Source: a virus (Duplodnaviria; Heunggongvirae; Uroviricota; Caudoviricetes). Taken from it: 64,000 nucleotides of DNA. A program made the translations under genes and the position numbers. The stretch lies in IMG/VR virus record IMGVR_UViG_3300028797_000098, positions 38,321 to 102,320 of that record. The stretch is one strand, 5' to 3'. Under the pieces are notes generated by a model. It worked only from the letters and a program-made list of their open reading frames with translations, was not told the origin of the DNA and did not search any database. Of this stretch, positions 47,483 through 57,059 are shown piece by piece. Every line of letters begins with the position of its first letter. The stretch's first letter is position 1.

Positions 47483-48012
47483 TAGATATTCCCCTGTGCT
47501 TCATTCAATGCCCTGTCAAGGCGCTTGTTCACTGTCTTGCGAGCATTCTTGATAATGCTTGCTGCTTTTTCCGCGGAAATGACGGCAAGGTTCCCGATGT
47601 CCTTGACCCGGCGGTTGATATCCACCTCATAGATGCCACCGTTCAGGTATCCTTCGGCGGACAGGTACATCATGTGCTTCGCGATGATACGGAAGCTGTT
47701 CCCGCCTTCCCACTGCAAGGCCTTCACGACCTTGTAGATGGTGTAATGCTGCCCGTGGAACGGACACTCGTCATCATCGTTCCATCCGCCCACAATGACC
47801 CATTGGTTCATGATGCGGGAGAGCATCTCGTTCACGTACTTCTTGTCCACCCCGTCAATAACGAGCTGACGCTTCTTTTTCAGGTCCTCGATCTGCTCGT
47901 CGAGTTCCTTGACCTGCTGTTCCGGGGTGGGTTTCGCCTTGAACATGACCAAGCTTTCCACCGAGTCAAGTATATTCTGCATCATTTGGGCGTCTCCTTC
48001 GATTTCTTCCAC
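47482..48012 (-). CDS. hypothetical protein
   Basis: 176-aa ORF. Confidence 0.45.
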   Translation of the reverse strand: MEEIEGDAQMMQNILDSVESLVMFKAKPTPEQQVKELDEQIEDLKKKRQLVIDGVDKKYVNEMLSRIMNQWVIVGGWNDDDECPFHGQHYTIYKVVKALQWEGGNSFRIIAKHMMYLSAEGYLNGGIYEVDINRRVKDIGNLAVISAEKAASIIKNARKTVNKRLDRALNEAQGNI

Positions 48013-48186
48013 TGGTTGAGAATCTCGTCAAATTCCTTGGCGGATTTGAGATAGTGTTGGGCGGTTAGAACATTGGGTTCTAGTTTATTGTGTGCCGCAT
48101 AGGTAATGCTTGCTACGACAGTTGCCCTGTTATATTCAATCTTCATTATAGTGTCGCTGTCATAGGCGGCAGTGCCGACATTCGTC

Positions 48187-48834
48187 CTAAACACTATTAT
48201 CATGGGTTTGTTCCTTGCAGTAGTTCACTTGTTTCATGAATTCGGCTAAGGGTACCGGAACACCTTTGGCGGGGTTGTTGGCTTTGTAGAACATGAGGAC
48301 CGAAATGTACTGGGGCGGGATGCGCTTTGCCAGCCACACCCTGTCGTTGCCCACGAAGAACTCGATGCCGTCGGCCATTGCCTGCTTGGCGTTAATCCGC
48401 ATGATGAGCGTGCGCCCCTTGCGCCTCTTGGCCACCGTTTCCGCCATCTGGGTATCGGTGGACATATGGACATACTGGCGGGCCATGGGCAGGATGCCGT
48501 CCTTGGCGATTGCCTCCACGCAGAACTCGTTGGTGCCGTGGTACAGGATGTCAGGAGGGGTCCCGGCTTCCTTCTTGATGGTCTGGGGGACGCTGTGGCC
48601 ATAGAGGGCGCGGATGCGGTCCCCTACGATTTCATGACGCTTCTTGTCGGAAGTGCGGATGATTTCTTCCAGGTCTTCCTTGGTGACCGGGCGGTCATAA
48701 TCCTTGTTCTCATTGAGGGCATGGAGGAGCTGTTCGATGGGGACGAAGCCTTCCTCATCCAGTTCCAGTTCGTATTCCCACGGTGCATGGCGCAGCGCGT
48801 AGGAGATTTCCTTTGAGAGTTCTTTCAGGTTCAT
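48187..48834 (-). CDS. kptA: RNA 2'-phosphotransferase (KptA/Tpt1)
   Basis: LSKEISYALRHAPWEYELELDEEGFVPIEQLLHAL and RHEIVGDRIRALYGHS match Tpt1 signature regions. AAGGAG SD 8 nt before the ATG. Confidence 0.7.
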   Translation of the reverse strand: MNLKELSKEISYALRHAPWEYELELDEEGFVPIEQLLHALNENKDYDRPVTKEDLEEIIRTSDKKRHEIVGDRIRALYGHSVPQTIKKEAGTPPDILYHGTNEFCVEAIAKDGILPMARQYVHMSTDTQMAETVAKRRKGRTLIMRINAKQAMADGIEFFVGNDRVWLAKRIPPQYISVLMFYKANNPAKGVPVPLAEFMKQVNYCKEQTHDNSV

Positions 48835-49124
48835 TTGAGTTCTCCTTTCAAATCTTTCCCACAAATGTGAAAAATGCTAGCATTTGGCCTCCTTGAACGT
48901 AACGTCGTTGTAGAATGTTGCTTCTACGATACTGAGGTCCTGGCCGGGGAAGTTCTTCTTCAGGTAGTCCATGGTGCGCTTGGCGCCAGCCTTGCCAGCG
49001 AACTTCATTGCCTATTCGGCACTGTTGCAATAGACAATGCGCTTCCTGTCGGCAAAGGTCCAGTTCTGTACGGCCTGGTCCCTGTAGTCATTCACGATGA
49101 TGTATTTTACGTCCGGTCTTTCCA

Positions 49125-49724
49125 TTATTTTCCTTTGTCTTTGATATAATCAACAAATGCTTTCGTGTAGATCGGGAGTTCGTTAACCATGATTTCGAGT
49201 AGATCGATAAGTCCTCCATATTTGAGGCCGTTGCCAAGAACATATTTGTAATTTTCGCAAGATAAGCGCAAAGGCATAATTAGCATCTCATTACCGTAAA
49301 TCCCGTTTTTCTCAATTTCTTGGCGAAGGGTGTGCGAGTCGAAGAATATGGCATGCTTGCCTGTATCCGCATGTCCTTCGACGACACACATTGCACCTAG
49401 CTTGCAATTCTCCGTAATGATTAAATTTGGCTGCTGCATTCGGTTCTGTACGCACTGCTCTCCGTTACGGGAGGTGAAATATAGCGATGTCGGGTTGTTG
49501 AATGAAATGCGATCAGCTAAATCCAGTTGCGTATGAAGTGCGAATAGCGTACGCAAGCTTTCCTGGGTTGCCGCAATAGCTTGTTCGGCCTTTTCAAGAC
49601 GGCTAATACACGACTTGATCTTTTCATCACGGTCAGTTTTCTTTCGTTCCTTAAATTTATCAAGGAGCGTTTCCATTTCCTGGCGGTCGATATTGAATAG
49701 TGGCGGTGTAGATGCATTTTCCAT
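49125..49724 (-). CDS. hypothetical protein
   Basis: 199 aa. Minus-strand promoter element GGTTTGCTACATTTTATGC and a GTTGC hairpin lie upstream. Confidence 0.5.
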   Translation of the reverse strand: MENASTPPLFNIDRQEMETLLDKFKERKKTDRDEKIKSCISRLEKAEQAIAATQESLRTLFALHTQLDLADRISFNNPTSLYFTSRNGEQCVQNRMQQPNLIITENCKLGAMCVVEGHADTGKHAIFFDSHTLRQEIEKNGIYGNEMLIMPLRLSCENYKYVLGNGLKYGGLIDLLEIMVNELPIYTKAFVDYIKDKGK

Positions 49725-49730
49725 GCATAA

Positions 49731-49746
49731 AATGTAGCAAACCGTT
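49731..49746 (-). promoter_or_regulatory. promoter element TTTGCTACATTTTATG on the minus strand
   Basis: Immediately upstream of the ATG at 49724. Hairpin GTTGC-cactatt-GCAAC lies further upstream. Confidence 0.5.
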
Positions 49747-49798
49747 GCAATAGTGGCAACAAAATGCTAGTTTTGGAATAAGCGGAGGAAAATGTTAT

Positions 49799-50170
49799 AT
49801 GTCTTTATGCGCGATCATTCCAATTGCAATCGTCGTATTGATAATAGGCGCGGCACTGTTCATGACGTATTGGGACTATAAGCACTATAACCCCTATACG
49901 GAAGTAGTGTGCATAAACAACAATTCGTTTATTGTCGATACCAGTCTCATCAGTACACTGGACCGAATTGAAAATGGAGAACCGTCTATCCTGTCGGGGA
50001 CATCCACCCTTCTGTATCAGAAGCTCAAGGGGGAACTTACCCTTGCTGCAATGAAGGAGGCGCCGAAGACTGTGAAGACTTACTATCTTGCAACGGCAAC
50101 CTTCCACAATGGCAAGATTATCATTGATTATACCCTCGTTCAAAACATTGCCGACCTTTATCGGAAGTAG
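49799..50170 (+). CDS. membrane-anchored hypothetical protein
   Basis: N-terminal TM helix LCAIIPIAIVVLIIGAALFM. Confidence 0.45.
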   Translation: MSLCAIIPIAIVVLIIGAALFMTYWDYKHYNPYTEVVCINNNSFIVDTSLISTLDRIENGEPSILSGTSTLLYQKLKGELTLAAMKEAPKTVKTYYLATATFHNGKIIIDYTLVQNIADLYRK

Positions 50171-50175
50171 GATTT

Positions 50176-50517
50176 ATGTATAGGCTTGGCCCGATAAATA
50201 GCTTTTCATTTGATGTTGAACCGAATAAGGTGCAGATAATCAGAAACCATTTCCATAATGGTGATGATATTTATGCCAATGTCCGTGCCAGGGGGAACAC
50301 GAAGATACTGTGGGCATCCGACTGGGATATCGAACAGGGTGAGGTTCCGGCTGCATACGAGCTAAGTTTCGGTGAGCAGGAATACACTGTGCACGAAGAG
50401 CGTCAGAATATTGTCATTATCAATCAGAGTGACAAGACTCAGCATGTCCTCATTGAACTAGGGGCATTCGAGTATATTCCTAGATGCTGGTCAGTTACGG
50501 CAACAACGGGGTTCTGA
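50176..50517 (+). CDS. hypothetical protein
   Basis: 113-aa ORF. Confidence 0.4.
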   Translation: MYRLGPINSFSFDVEPNKVQIIRNHFHNGDDIYANVRARGNTKILWASDWDIEQGEVPAAYELSFGEQEYTVHEERQNIVIINQSDKTQHVLIELGAFEYIPRCWSVTATTGF

Positions 50518-50680
50518 TGTACAGGATTGAGTACAGGAGCGAAAACCACCCGGAATTCGGGTATTCCCATTGCTATGCGGTCAAGTACAAGGCCAGGATA
50601 GTGACCCGGCATGGCAAACGGCGAGTTGAATGGATTGAAATGGGGCCGTGCGATAGCATCGGCATGCTAATGAGGTAATC

Positions 50681-50911
50681 ATGTGGAATAGACTAATGAG
50701 AAAACTGCCCAAGCGGGTCATCAAGCGGGAAACCGGCACCTTTTACCCCCAGGTGTGGTTCCTGTGGTGGCACTATGTATGGACAACGTATTACGAGAGT
50801 TGGACGCCCGAATCGTTTGGCAACATGGATGAGGCCATTCGGCTTTTGGAAACCAGGTGGAGGGACTGTTCGGTACCAAAATCGGTTACCGTCGTATGGA
50901 GGGACAGATGA
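50681..50911 (+). CDS. hypothetical protein
   Basis: 76-aa ORF. Confidence 0.3.
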   Translation: MWNRLMRKLPKRVIKRETGTFYPQVWFLWWHYVWTTYYESWTPESFGNMDEAIRLLETRWRDCSVPKSVTVVWRDR

Positions 50912-51192
50912 TTGAAGTTCCATTGAAAACATGGGTGCTCTGCTGGATTCCTGCCCCTGGCCGCAACGACCCGGAAATACATTACTGGGGAGGAAAGGGC
51001 CACGGCTGTTGGGAAACCGATATTTCCCAGGCTACCCACTTTGCCACTCTCGGGGCAGCAAAGACAAAGATGACCGCAAATAGAAAACATATGACCGGTC
51101 GCGGCTGGTGGAATTTCACGGATGAAGACAGGATGTTCATTGGGCAGATAGATACCATTATCCAAATTAACGAGACAGGATTCGAAGGATGA
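50857..51192 (+). CDS. hypothetical protein
   Basis: 111-aa ORF. Confidence 0.4.
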   Translation: MEGLFGTKIGYRRMEGQMIEVPLKTWVLCWIPAPGRNDPEIHYWGGKGHGCWETDISQATHFATLGAAKTKMTANRKHMTGRGWWNFTDEDRMFIGQIDTIIQINETGFEG

Positions 51193-51695
51193 CACAGAAA
51201 ACGGAATTCAACGAAAACGATTTCCTTGCAGAACTTAAGTCGGTTGTTGATGAGATAGGCGGAAAGTTGTCTATTGCGCTCAATAACAATGACATGTCAT
51301 ACGTTGTTACCTATTATAGGAACGGAATTCCTTTCAAGATTAGTCTTGAAGCACTGGAAGCTGTGTGTAGCACGAATGGGCCCGGGACTCTGCGGCAAAC
51401 ATTGCTAGAAGCGACAACGCATGTAACGATGCTGAACGATAAGCAGAATGCGTTGATATGCGAACTGATGAACGTAAGCGATACGATTTCGAATCATGCT
51501 GAGACAACGCAAGAACGTGCTGAGAAGTTGAAAGCTATTGTCCAGAAGATAATGCCGGAAAAGATGGAATCATATTGTCATACGAGCGAGGATTTGTCCA
51601 TGGACCCGTTTGGTAGATTCGAGAAGGACGATGTGTTCAATATACTGCTGAGAGCCATGAAGTATGACCTTATTCAGCACATTGCGAATATATAG
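51189..51695 (+). CDS. hypothetical protein
   Basis: 168-aa ORF. Confidence 0.45.
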   Translation: MTQKTEFNENDFLAELKSVVDEIGGKLSIALNNNDMSYVVTYYRNGIPFKISLEALEAVCSTNGPGTLRQTLLEATTHVTMLNDKQNALICELMNVSDTISNHAETTQERAEKLKAIVQKIMPEKMESYCHTSEDLSMDPFGRFEKDDVFNILLRAMKYDLIQHIANI

Positions 51696-51704
51696 GAGGA
51701 ATAC

Positions 51705-52298
51705 ATGAGCAAGATATTTGTAGAGAAGTTTGATGATAACGTCCTGCGGGCGGGCGACATTTGCTACGCCCTTTACAAGAAATATCCGGGTGGATTCAAG
51801 TTCTGCATAGGCCATTTCCGTTCCGCATATGACTACGAGGCCGAGGCGGAATGGCTGGATGCGCATGAAAAGGATCCGATTCCGGCCAGTTACATTGCCA
51901 AGGAAGTGAGTGACTGGAAGCTGGAAGATATATGCGACTCCGCCAAGTTTGCCGCTCACTTGGATGTGATTGCCAGGGACCGGTGGGAGAAGGTAAAACA
52001 ATCTTCCAAGGCGTACGATGACTGGAAGGCCGGTCTTGTTGCTATGCGTATTGAAGAACATGACCTTCCTTTGAGCAAGCGCCTGATGCCCCCGTTGTTT
52101 GCCGAGCCTACTTTTGCGGACATGTATTACAGCGTCATTCGGGACAATAAGATGCTTGAACCCAAGTGGGCCGCATACAAAAAGCGGCTTAATGAATTGG
52201 TTGATAAGGCCTGCCGGGAAGAATGGAAGAAAGTTACCGAAGAAAAGGCCAGAGTCCGCCCATTATCCACTAAGGAAGGCATTGCGATACCTCCATAA
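51705..52298 (+). CDS. hypothetical protein
   Basis: GGAGGAATAC then ATG. 197 aa. Confidence 0.5.
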   Translation: MSKIFVEKFDDNVLRAGDICYALYKKYPGGFKFCIGHFRSAYDYEAEAEWLDAHEKDPIPASYIAKEVSDWKLEDICDSAKFAAHLDVIARDRWEKVKQSSKAYDDWKAGLVAMRIEEHDLPLSKRLMPPLFAEPTFADMYYSVIRDNKMLEPKWAAYKKRLNELVDKACREEWKKVTEEKARVRPLSTKEGIAIPP

Positions 52299-52362
52299 CG
52301 GGCAACCGGTGGCTAAGGATTCGGCGATAAACTTCGCCCGGAGCTTAGACCAGAGGTAAAAG

Positions 52363-52608
52363 ATGTTGTTGGATAATGTACCGGATACTGCTATAATGGA
52401 TGCCATTGAAGAACATGTGCGTAATGCCCGAATGGAATTCCTTGCAGTGCATCCGGAGTGCATAGATGCTACCGTGGAAATCGTTAAGGTCGAGCGTACA
52501 CCGGGCCACTGTGAGGTGGAGGTGAAGCTACACCCGAAACGGGAGCCGATAACGATCCACAATGTGAAACTGAATGTATCAATGGAGAAGAATGATGAAA
52601 ATACCTGA
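52363..52608 (+). CDS. hypothetical protein
   Basis: 81-aa ORF. Confidence 0.4.
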   Translation: MLLDNVPDTAIMDAIEEHVRNARMEFLAVHPECIDATVEIVKVERTPGHCEVEVKLHPKREPITIHNVKLNVSMEKNDENT

Positions 52609-52935
52609 AACGGTAGAGAAATGGAAACGGGTCCTTGAAGAGCAGAAACAGAAGGAACAACTCCATGTGATTTCCTACCCGGAATATGAGCGCCTGAAGA
52701 TATCCAAGCTCGATGAAAAGCGGTACCGGGAAGAATATCTGGGGATGCCTGTGGTGGATTAGAATGGCGCAGCATTTCTGGTGGGGATTTCTATATTTTG
52801 CCAAGACCGGCAAGCGGTCGTACGGGTACATCCTGAACAAGAAGGATTACCACCATGCGCTCGACCGGTATAAGCGTGAACAGATACTGAAAACAGAACG
52901 GTCTGAAATGGACCATTTAGCATAGGAGAAACAAC

Positions 52936-53343
52936 ATGCAGGTGAATTCGATTGAAACCTTTAAGCTCAATCCGGACAAGAAATACCATGATATCAAGGA
53001 TAAGGTCGCTGACCTTGTGAACTACATTCTCACATATGTCTCGGAATGCCCTCCGCACTGGATTATCATGACTCCGGACCTCATATCGCTGTTGCTGATT
53101 CCGCCAACTGGAATCCTTACGGTTATGTCCGACTCTCCAGGGGAATATTTGCTGAATCCTACGAATACCAGGGTCACATTGAACCAGTATTCATTAAGCG
53201 GTTCTGAAATGAGCGCCATCATCTTCACGGAGGCTACTGATTCTATGCACATCATCAACTTCGGCAAGGCTAAGGACTTCATCGGCGACTTGCCGACTGG
53301 CGATGAATGGATGAATACACCCCAATGGGGAAGGATGATTTAA
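52936..53343 (+). CDS. hypothetical protein
   Basis: GGAGAAACAAC then ATG. 135 aa. Confidence 0.45.
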   Translation: MQVNSIETFKLNPDKKYHDIKDKVADLVNYILTYVSECPPHWIIMTPDLISLLLIPPTGILTVMSDSPGEYLLNPTNTRVTLNQYSLSGSEMSAIIFTEATDSMHIINFGKAKDFIGDLPTGDEWMNTPQWGRMI

Positions 53344-53354
53344 GGAGGGTTGAC

Positions 53355-53573
53355 ATGACTTTGTTTCCACGACAGTTTCCGTCTTTGTTCCGGGATGATA
53401 CCCCATACACATACCCGGACGGTTCCCGTATCCCGTTTGACCTTGTAATGGCCCTGACCATCCAGCGGCATATTTCAGTATCGGAGGCTCGCGATCTATT
53501 GATTGAAGGTTGGCGGGGCGGGAAGGGCAACAGGGCGCAGAGGCGCCAAAGGAAGAAGCATAAAGACGTTTAA
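53355..53573 (+). CDS. small basic protein
   Basis: AAGGAGGG SD. Lys/Arg-rich C-terminus. Confidence 0.4.
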   Translation: MTLFPRQFPSLFRDDTPYTYPDGSRIPFDLVMALTIQRHISVSEARDLLIEGWRGGKGNRAQRRQRKKHKDV

Positions 53574-53589
53574 GCGCGGCTGCGGTCGC

Positions 53590-53632
53590 TTGAATTATAA
53601 ACTACCGGTGATTACCGCCGGCAGTTTTTATA
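53590..53632 (+). terminator. terminator hairpin (TATAAACTACCGG family)
   Basis: ACTACCGGTG-attaccg-CCGGCAG followed by TTTTT. Confidence 0.5.
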
Positions 53633-53656
53633 TGGCCACTAAATAGGAAATCGACG

Positions 53657-55612
53657 ATGATTGACACACTTGAGAAGAAGTACATCCCGCTGGTTGCGAA
53701 AATGATATTTAACGGACTGAACTCCCGCAATCTCAGTGACCATGCACTGAATTTCCGTTCTCGTTACAGCAGCCGTGGCGACCGGTGCCGGCGGGACCAT
53801 GAATGCGCCAAGGATATCATACGGTCGGTGGTGAGGAATCCGCAGCGGTGCAAGATTGCGGTTCTTGGATATGAAATGAAGGCCAACGGCTACGTGAGAT
53901 ATGTCGCTTACGCTTACGACCCGAATCTGGGCAGCCTGGGTGCTGCCAAGGTGATTACGGCAGATGCCCCGTTCCCGCCGACCAAGTACCTGCAGCCCCA
54001 GATTTTGACCACGTACCGGGAGTACATCGGTGCCCAGCAGAAACAGCAGCTTGAAGAGATGATGCCAATTTCGTACATCATGGAAGGCAAGACCGAAGCT
54101 GAATACCGAGCCCACAAGGAAGACCTGCGGAACGCTATGATGAATGCGCAGGTTTCTGCCAGGAAGTCCCAGGATGCAATGGCTAAATTGCAGGAGATAA
54201 TGCCAAAACGGGGCAATTTGACCAAGTCGATTACGGAAATGTTTACCAGGTCAGGCGGAAATTATGAAGAAATTCCTTATGAGCAGATGAAGGAGGCCTT
54301 GATTGCCCGCAGTGCCCTCAATGACACCATTGGCAACCTGGTCAAGATAATCAAGGAGAGCAAGCCGAATTTTGGCGAGCCTGCGGTGGAAGTATCCTCC
54401 ATTCCATCGGATGAATATGATTCTCTGGTCAAGGAATTCATCGAGATCGGTGCCAAGAAGCATGATCGACTGTATGCGGAATATATGCCCCCGGAAGCGG
54501 TTGAGGAAATTAAGGCGAGATACAGGGAACTCAATGATAAGCTGGGCGCGACGATTCCGGAAAATGAAAATACTATAAACTGCTTTGAAAGTAATTATGG
54601 GAGACACCTGATGTCTAGCAAACAAGTAAAATTCAACGCATTCCTCGAATCCGTATGTAACCAGTTCGGGTGCCGGGATGCCCTCCGTCCACTCCAGCAG
54701 GGTTTTGCTGCCCTTTGTGAAGCATTTGCTTACCGTACTGGCGAGTTGCCTCGTGCGGAAAGCAACTACTATACGTTGGTTGAAGGCAACTGCACTATCA
54801 AGAATATGCCTATTTCGGAAATTACCAAGGATGTTGTTGATAAAAAGAATATTCGTTTGGTAAGTAATGATTATGACTATTACCGTTGCATGAGTGCTGC
54901 AGAAGCCACTAGGGCTATGCGCGAGCAGAAGGGATATCATTCTTCCGACAAGGGGTGGGTTGTTATTTATTCGTCTCCTAAGGAATTTATTGCCGCCAAG
55001 GATACTAAGAATAACGGCGTGTTCGTATACCAGGCCAAGTTGCGGGTTCAACATGCTGGCGAATCGCTAGATAATGACCCGGAATGGAATATGAACCCAG
55101 CTGACCGTAAGGCTAATCGAAAGGCTCGCTGGGATCGTACAACCCAAGGTGTTTCCTTTAACCGCCCTAAAATTCCGCAAGAAATAGTCGATAAGGTTGA
55201 AAAACTTGCTGACCACATGGGTTGGAAGGTTTCGTTTGGCGAAGATTACGCCCGTAACAGATACGGTGATACTACTAATCGAATGGGAGACTGCTTCACC
55301 TTTACCCGGGTGCTTTCATCTAATGAAACTGGGCCGGATAATGTAGACAGTAAAATGATTGATGCCGTTATGACCAATCTCGGCTGTAGACTAGTCAATC
55401 GTGATGTTGAGGGACCGGATGGTATCGATCAAACGGTGTATGAATATACTACCTATATGTATGAGGATTCTGAAGCTTATGTGGATCCGGATGCCGATGA
55501 TTTCTATTATAGGCGGCGTGCAAATCCGGATGATCCGGAATTGCAGGACTACAATGAATATTCAGACCGCAGGATGGAAAACCGGTCGAACCGCTGGGAC
55601 AGCGATTACTAG
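53657..55612 (+). CDS. large hypothetical protein (651 aa)
   Basis: Long ORF bracketed by two near-identical terminators. Confidence 0.55.
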   Translation: MIDTLEKKYIPLVAKMIFNGLNSRNLSDHALNFRSRYSSRGDRCRRDHECAKDIIRSVVRNPQRCKIAVLGYEMKANGYVRYVAYAYDPNLGSLGAAKVITADAPFPPTKYLQPQILTTYREYIGAQQKQQLEEMMPISYIMEGKTEAEYRAHKEDLRNAMMNAQVSARKSQDAMAKLQEIMPKRGNLTKSITEMFTRSGGNYEEIPYEQMKEALIARSALNDTIGNLVKIIKESKPNFGEPAVEVSSIPSDEYDSLVKEFIEIGAKKHDRLYAEYMPPEAVEEIKARYRELNDKLGATIPENENTINCFESNYGRHLMSSKQVKFNAFLESVCNQFGCRDALRPLQQGFAALCEAFAYRTGELPRAESNYYTLVEGNCTIKNMPISEITKDVVDKKNIRLVSNDYDYYRCMSAAEATRAMREQKGYHSSDKGWVVIYSSPKEFIAAKDTKNNGVFVYQAKLRVQHAGESLDNDPEWNMNPADRKANRKARWDRTTQGVSFNRPKIPQEIVDKVEKLADHMGWKVSFGEDYARNRYGDTTNRMGDCFTFTRVLSSNETGPDNVDSKMIDAVMTNLGCRLVNRDVEGPDGIDQTVYEYTTYMYEDSEAYVDPDADDFYYRRRANPDDPELQDYNEYSDRRMENRSNRWDSDY

Positions 55613-55631
55613 TCGTTCCTAGTCCTATAAT

Positions 55632-55668
55632 ATTATAAACTACCGGGAAACAAATCCCGGTAGTTTTT
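55632..55668 (+). terminator. rho-independent terminator (TATAAACTACCGG family)
   Basis: ACTACCGGGA-aacaa-ATCCCGGTAGT followed by TTTTG. Confidence 0.7.
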
Positions 55669-55713
55669 GTATATGACCGGCACACAAGAAAAACGCTTTG
55701 GGTGGGCATAGCC

Positions 55714-56367
55714 ATGCAGTTTGTACAATCACATCCCGCATTTAACGATACCATAGATTCTTTGAAGCATGAATTCCGTGATGACCGGTCAAACGATGTC
55801 ATCATATGTGGAGCCCATGATTTATCACATGCTCATGCCCTTGGCGAATATAAGAGAAAAGATGGTAAGGTAATCGTGTTCAACCAGGAACCGTTGCTCG
55901 CCAAGCAGCGCAATTTCATGCACGTTGGGTACTTCGCATGGCTTACGCAAGCCGATGAAGTGTGGGACTATGATGAGGAGAATATCAGGGTATTGAAGCT
56001 GATTCGCCCTGATGTGAAGCTCCATGTGCTCAAACCGTATAAGGTGTGGCCTAAGGAAGCCAAGAAGGATATCGACATATTGTTCTATGGGTCCATGAAC
56101 GACCACCGGAAGAAAATATTGGACGAATTGAGCAAAAGGCACAATGTCAAGATTCTTACCAACTGCTGGGATAGCAACGAGCTTGACCGGTGGATCCTTC
56201 GTAGCAAGATTTTACTGAATCTGCATTACTACAATGAGACATCATTACAAGAACAGGCACGAATGATTAGGTGGATAGGGGCGCCATGCCGCATAGTGAG
56301 TGAACCGTCGGTACATAATTACTTAGGTGTGGAAGAAATGGATGAAACGGCAATAATGGGAATGTAA
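55714..56367 (+). CDS. putative glycosyltransferase (tentative)
   Basis: Sits in the glycosyltransferase cluster. Weak Rossmann-like pattern (DIDILFYGSMNDHRKKILDEL). Confidence 0.35.
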   Translation: MQFVQSHPAFNDTIDSLKHEFRDDRSNDVIICGAHDLSHAHALGEYKRKDGKVIVFNQEPLLAKQRNFMHVGYFAWLTQADEVWDYDEENIRVLKLIRPDVKLHVLKPYKVWPKEAKKDIDILFYGSMNDHRKKILDELSKRHNVKILTNCWDSNELDRWILRSKILLNLHYYNETSLQEQARMIRWIGAPCRIVSEPSVHNYLGVEEMDETAIMGM

Positions 56368-56381
56368 CGGGGTGTGGCCGT

Positions 56382-57059
56382 ATGAAAGATTATATTGTAT
56401 CAATGACTTCATGGAAAGGACGTGTCAAAGATGCTGGACCATCCATTTTCAGCTTATTAACACAGACTATTAAGCCAAAAAAGATAATTCTAAATTTATC
56501 GGCTGCCGAATTTTCTTCGATGGATGCGCTTCCCGCCGATATCCGCCTATTATCGAAAGCATATTTTCCGTTTTTTGAAATAAATTGGATATCCGGAAAA
56601 AACACCAAGGCATTCAAAAAAGTTATTCCTACAATTCAGCGATATAAACACAATGATTATGCCATACTTGCTGGCGATGATGATATGTTATATCTACCCA
56701 ATTATGCTGAATTTATGTTATCATTACTTGAAGCGTATCCTAGAAATTATTTTACGCCAGGAACTTGGGGAAGACATGTTCATGGCTATGCCATGATTTA
56801 CAGCACAAAGTGGTTCATGGATGATTTACTGTATAGTTTAACATCGGCAGACATGGATGTAATATGTTCAAGCGACTTATGGATAACAGATGTTCTGGCG
56901 CATGAAAACATTTCCCCGATGGTTGTTCCGGAAATATCAACGTTATTCATCGATATGAAAAAGAATGATACTGCACTAAGTAAGCAATATACCTCTATTC
57001 CATACGAAAGACGACGTGATGCATGTGTTAAAGCCATTAGGAGATATTATGGTAAATAA
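56382..57059 (+). CDS. putative GT-A-fold glycosyltransferase
   Basis: DDD (DxD-like) motif ILAGDDDMLY. Paralog of 57711-58388. Confidence 0.45.
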   Translation: MKDYIVSMTSWKGRVKDAGPSIFSLLTQTIKPKKIILNLSAAEFSSMDALPADIRLLSKAYFPFFEINWISGKNTKAFKKVIPTIQRYKHNDYAILAGDDDMLYLPNYAEFMLSLLEAYPRNYFTPGTWGRHVHGYAMIYSTKWFMDDLLYSLTSADMDVICSSDLWITDVLAHENISPMVVPEISTLFIDMKKNDTALSKQYTSIPYERRRDACVKAIRRYYGK

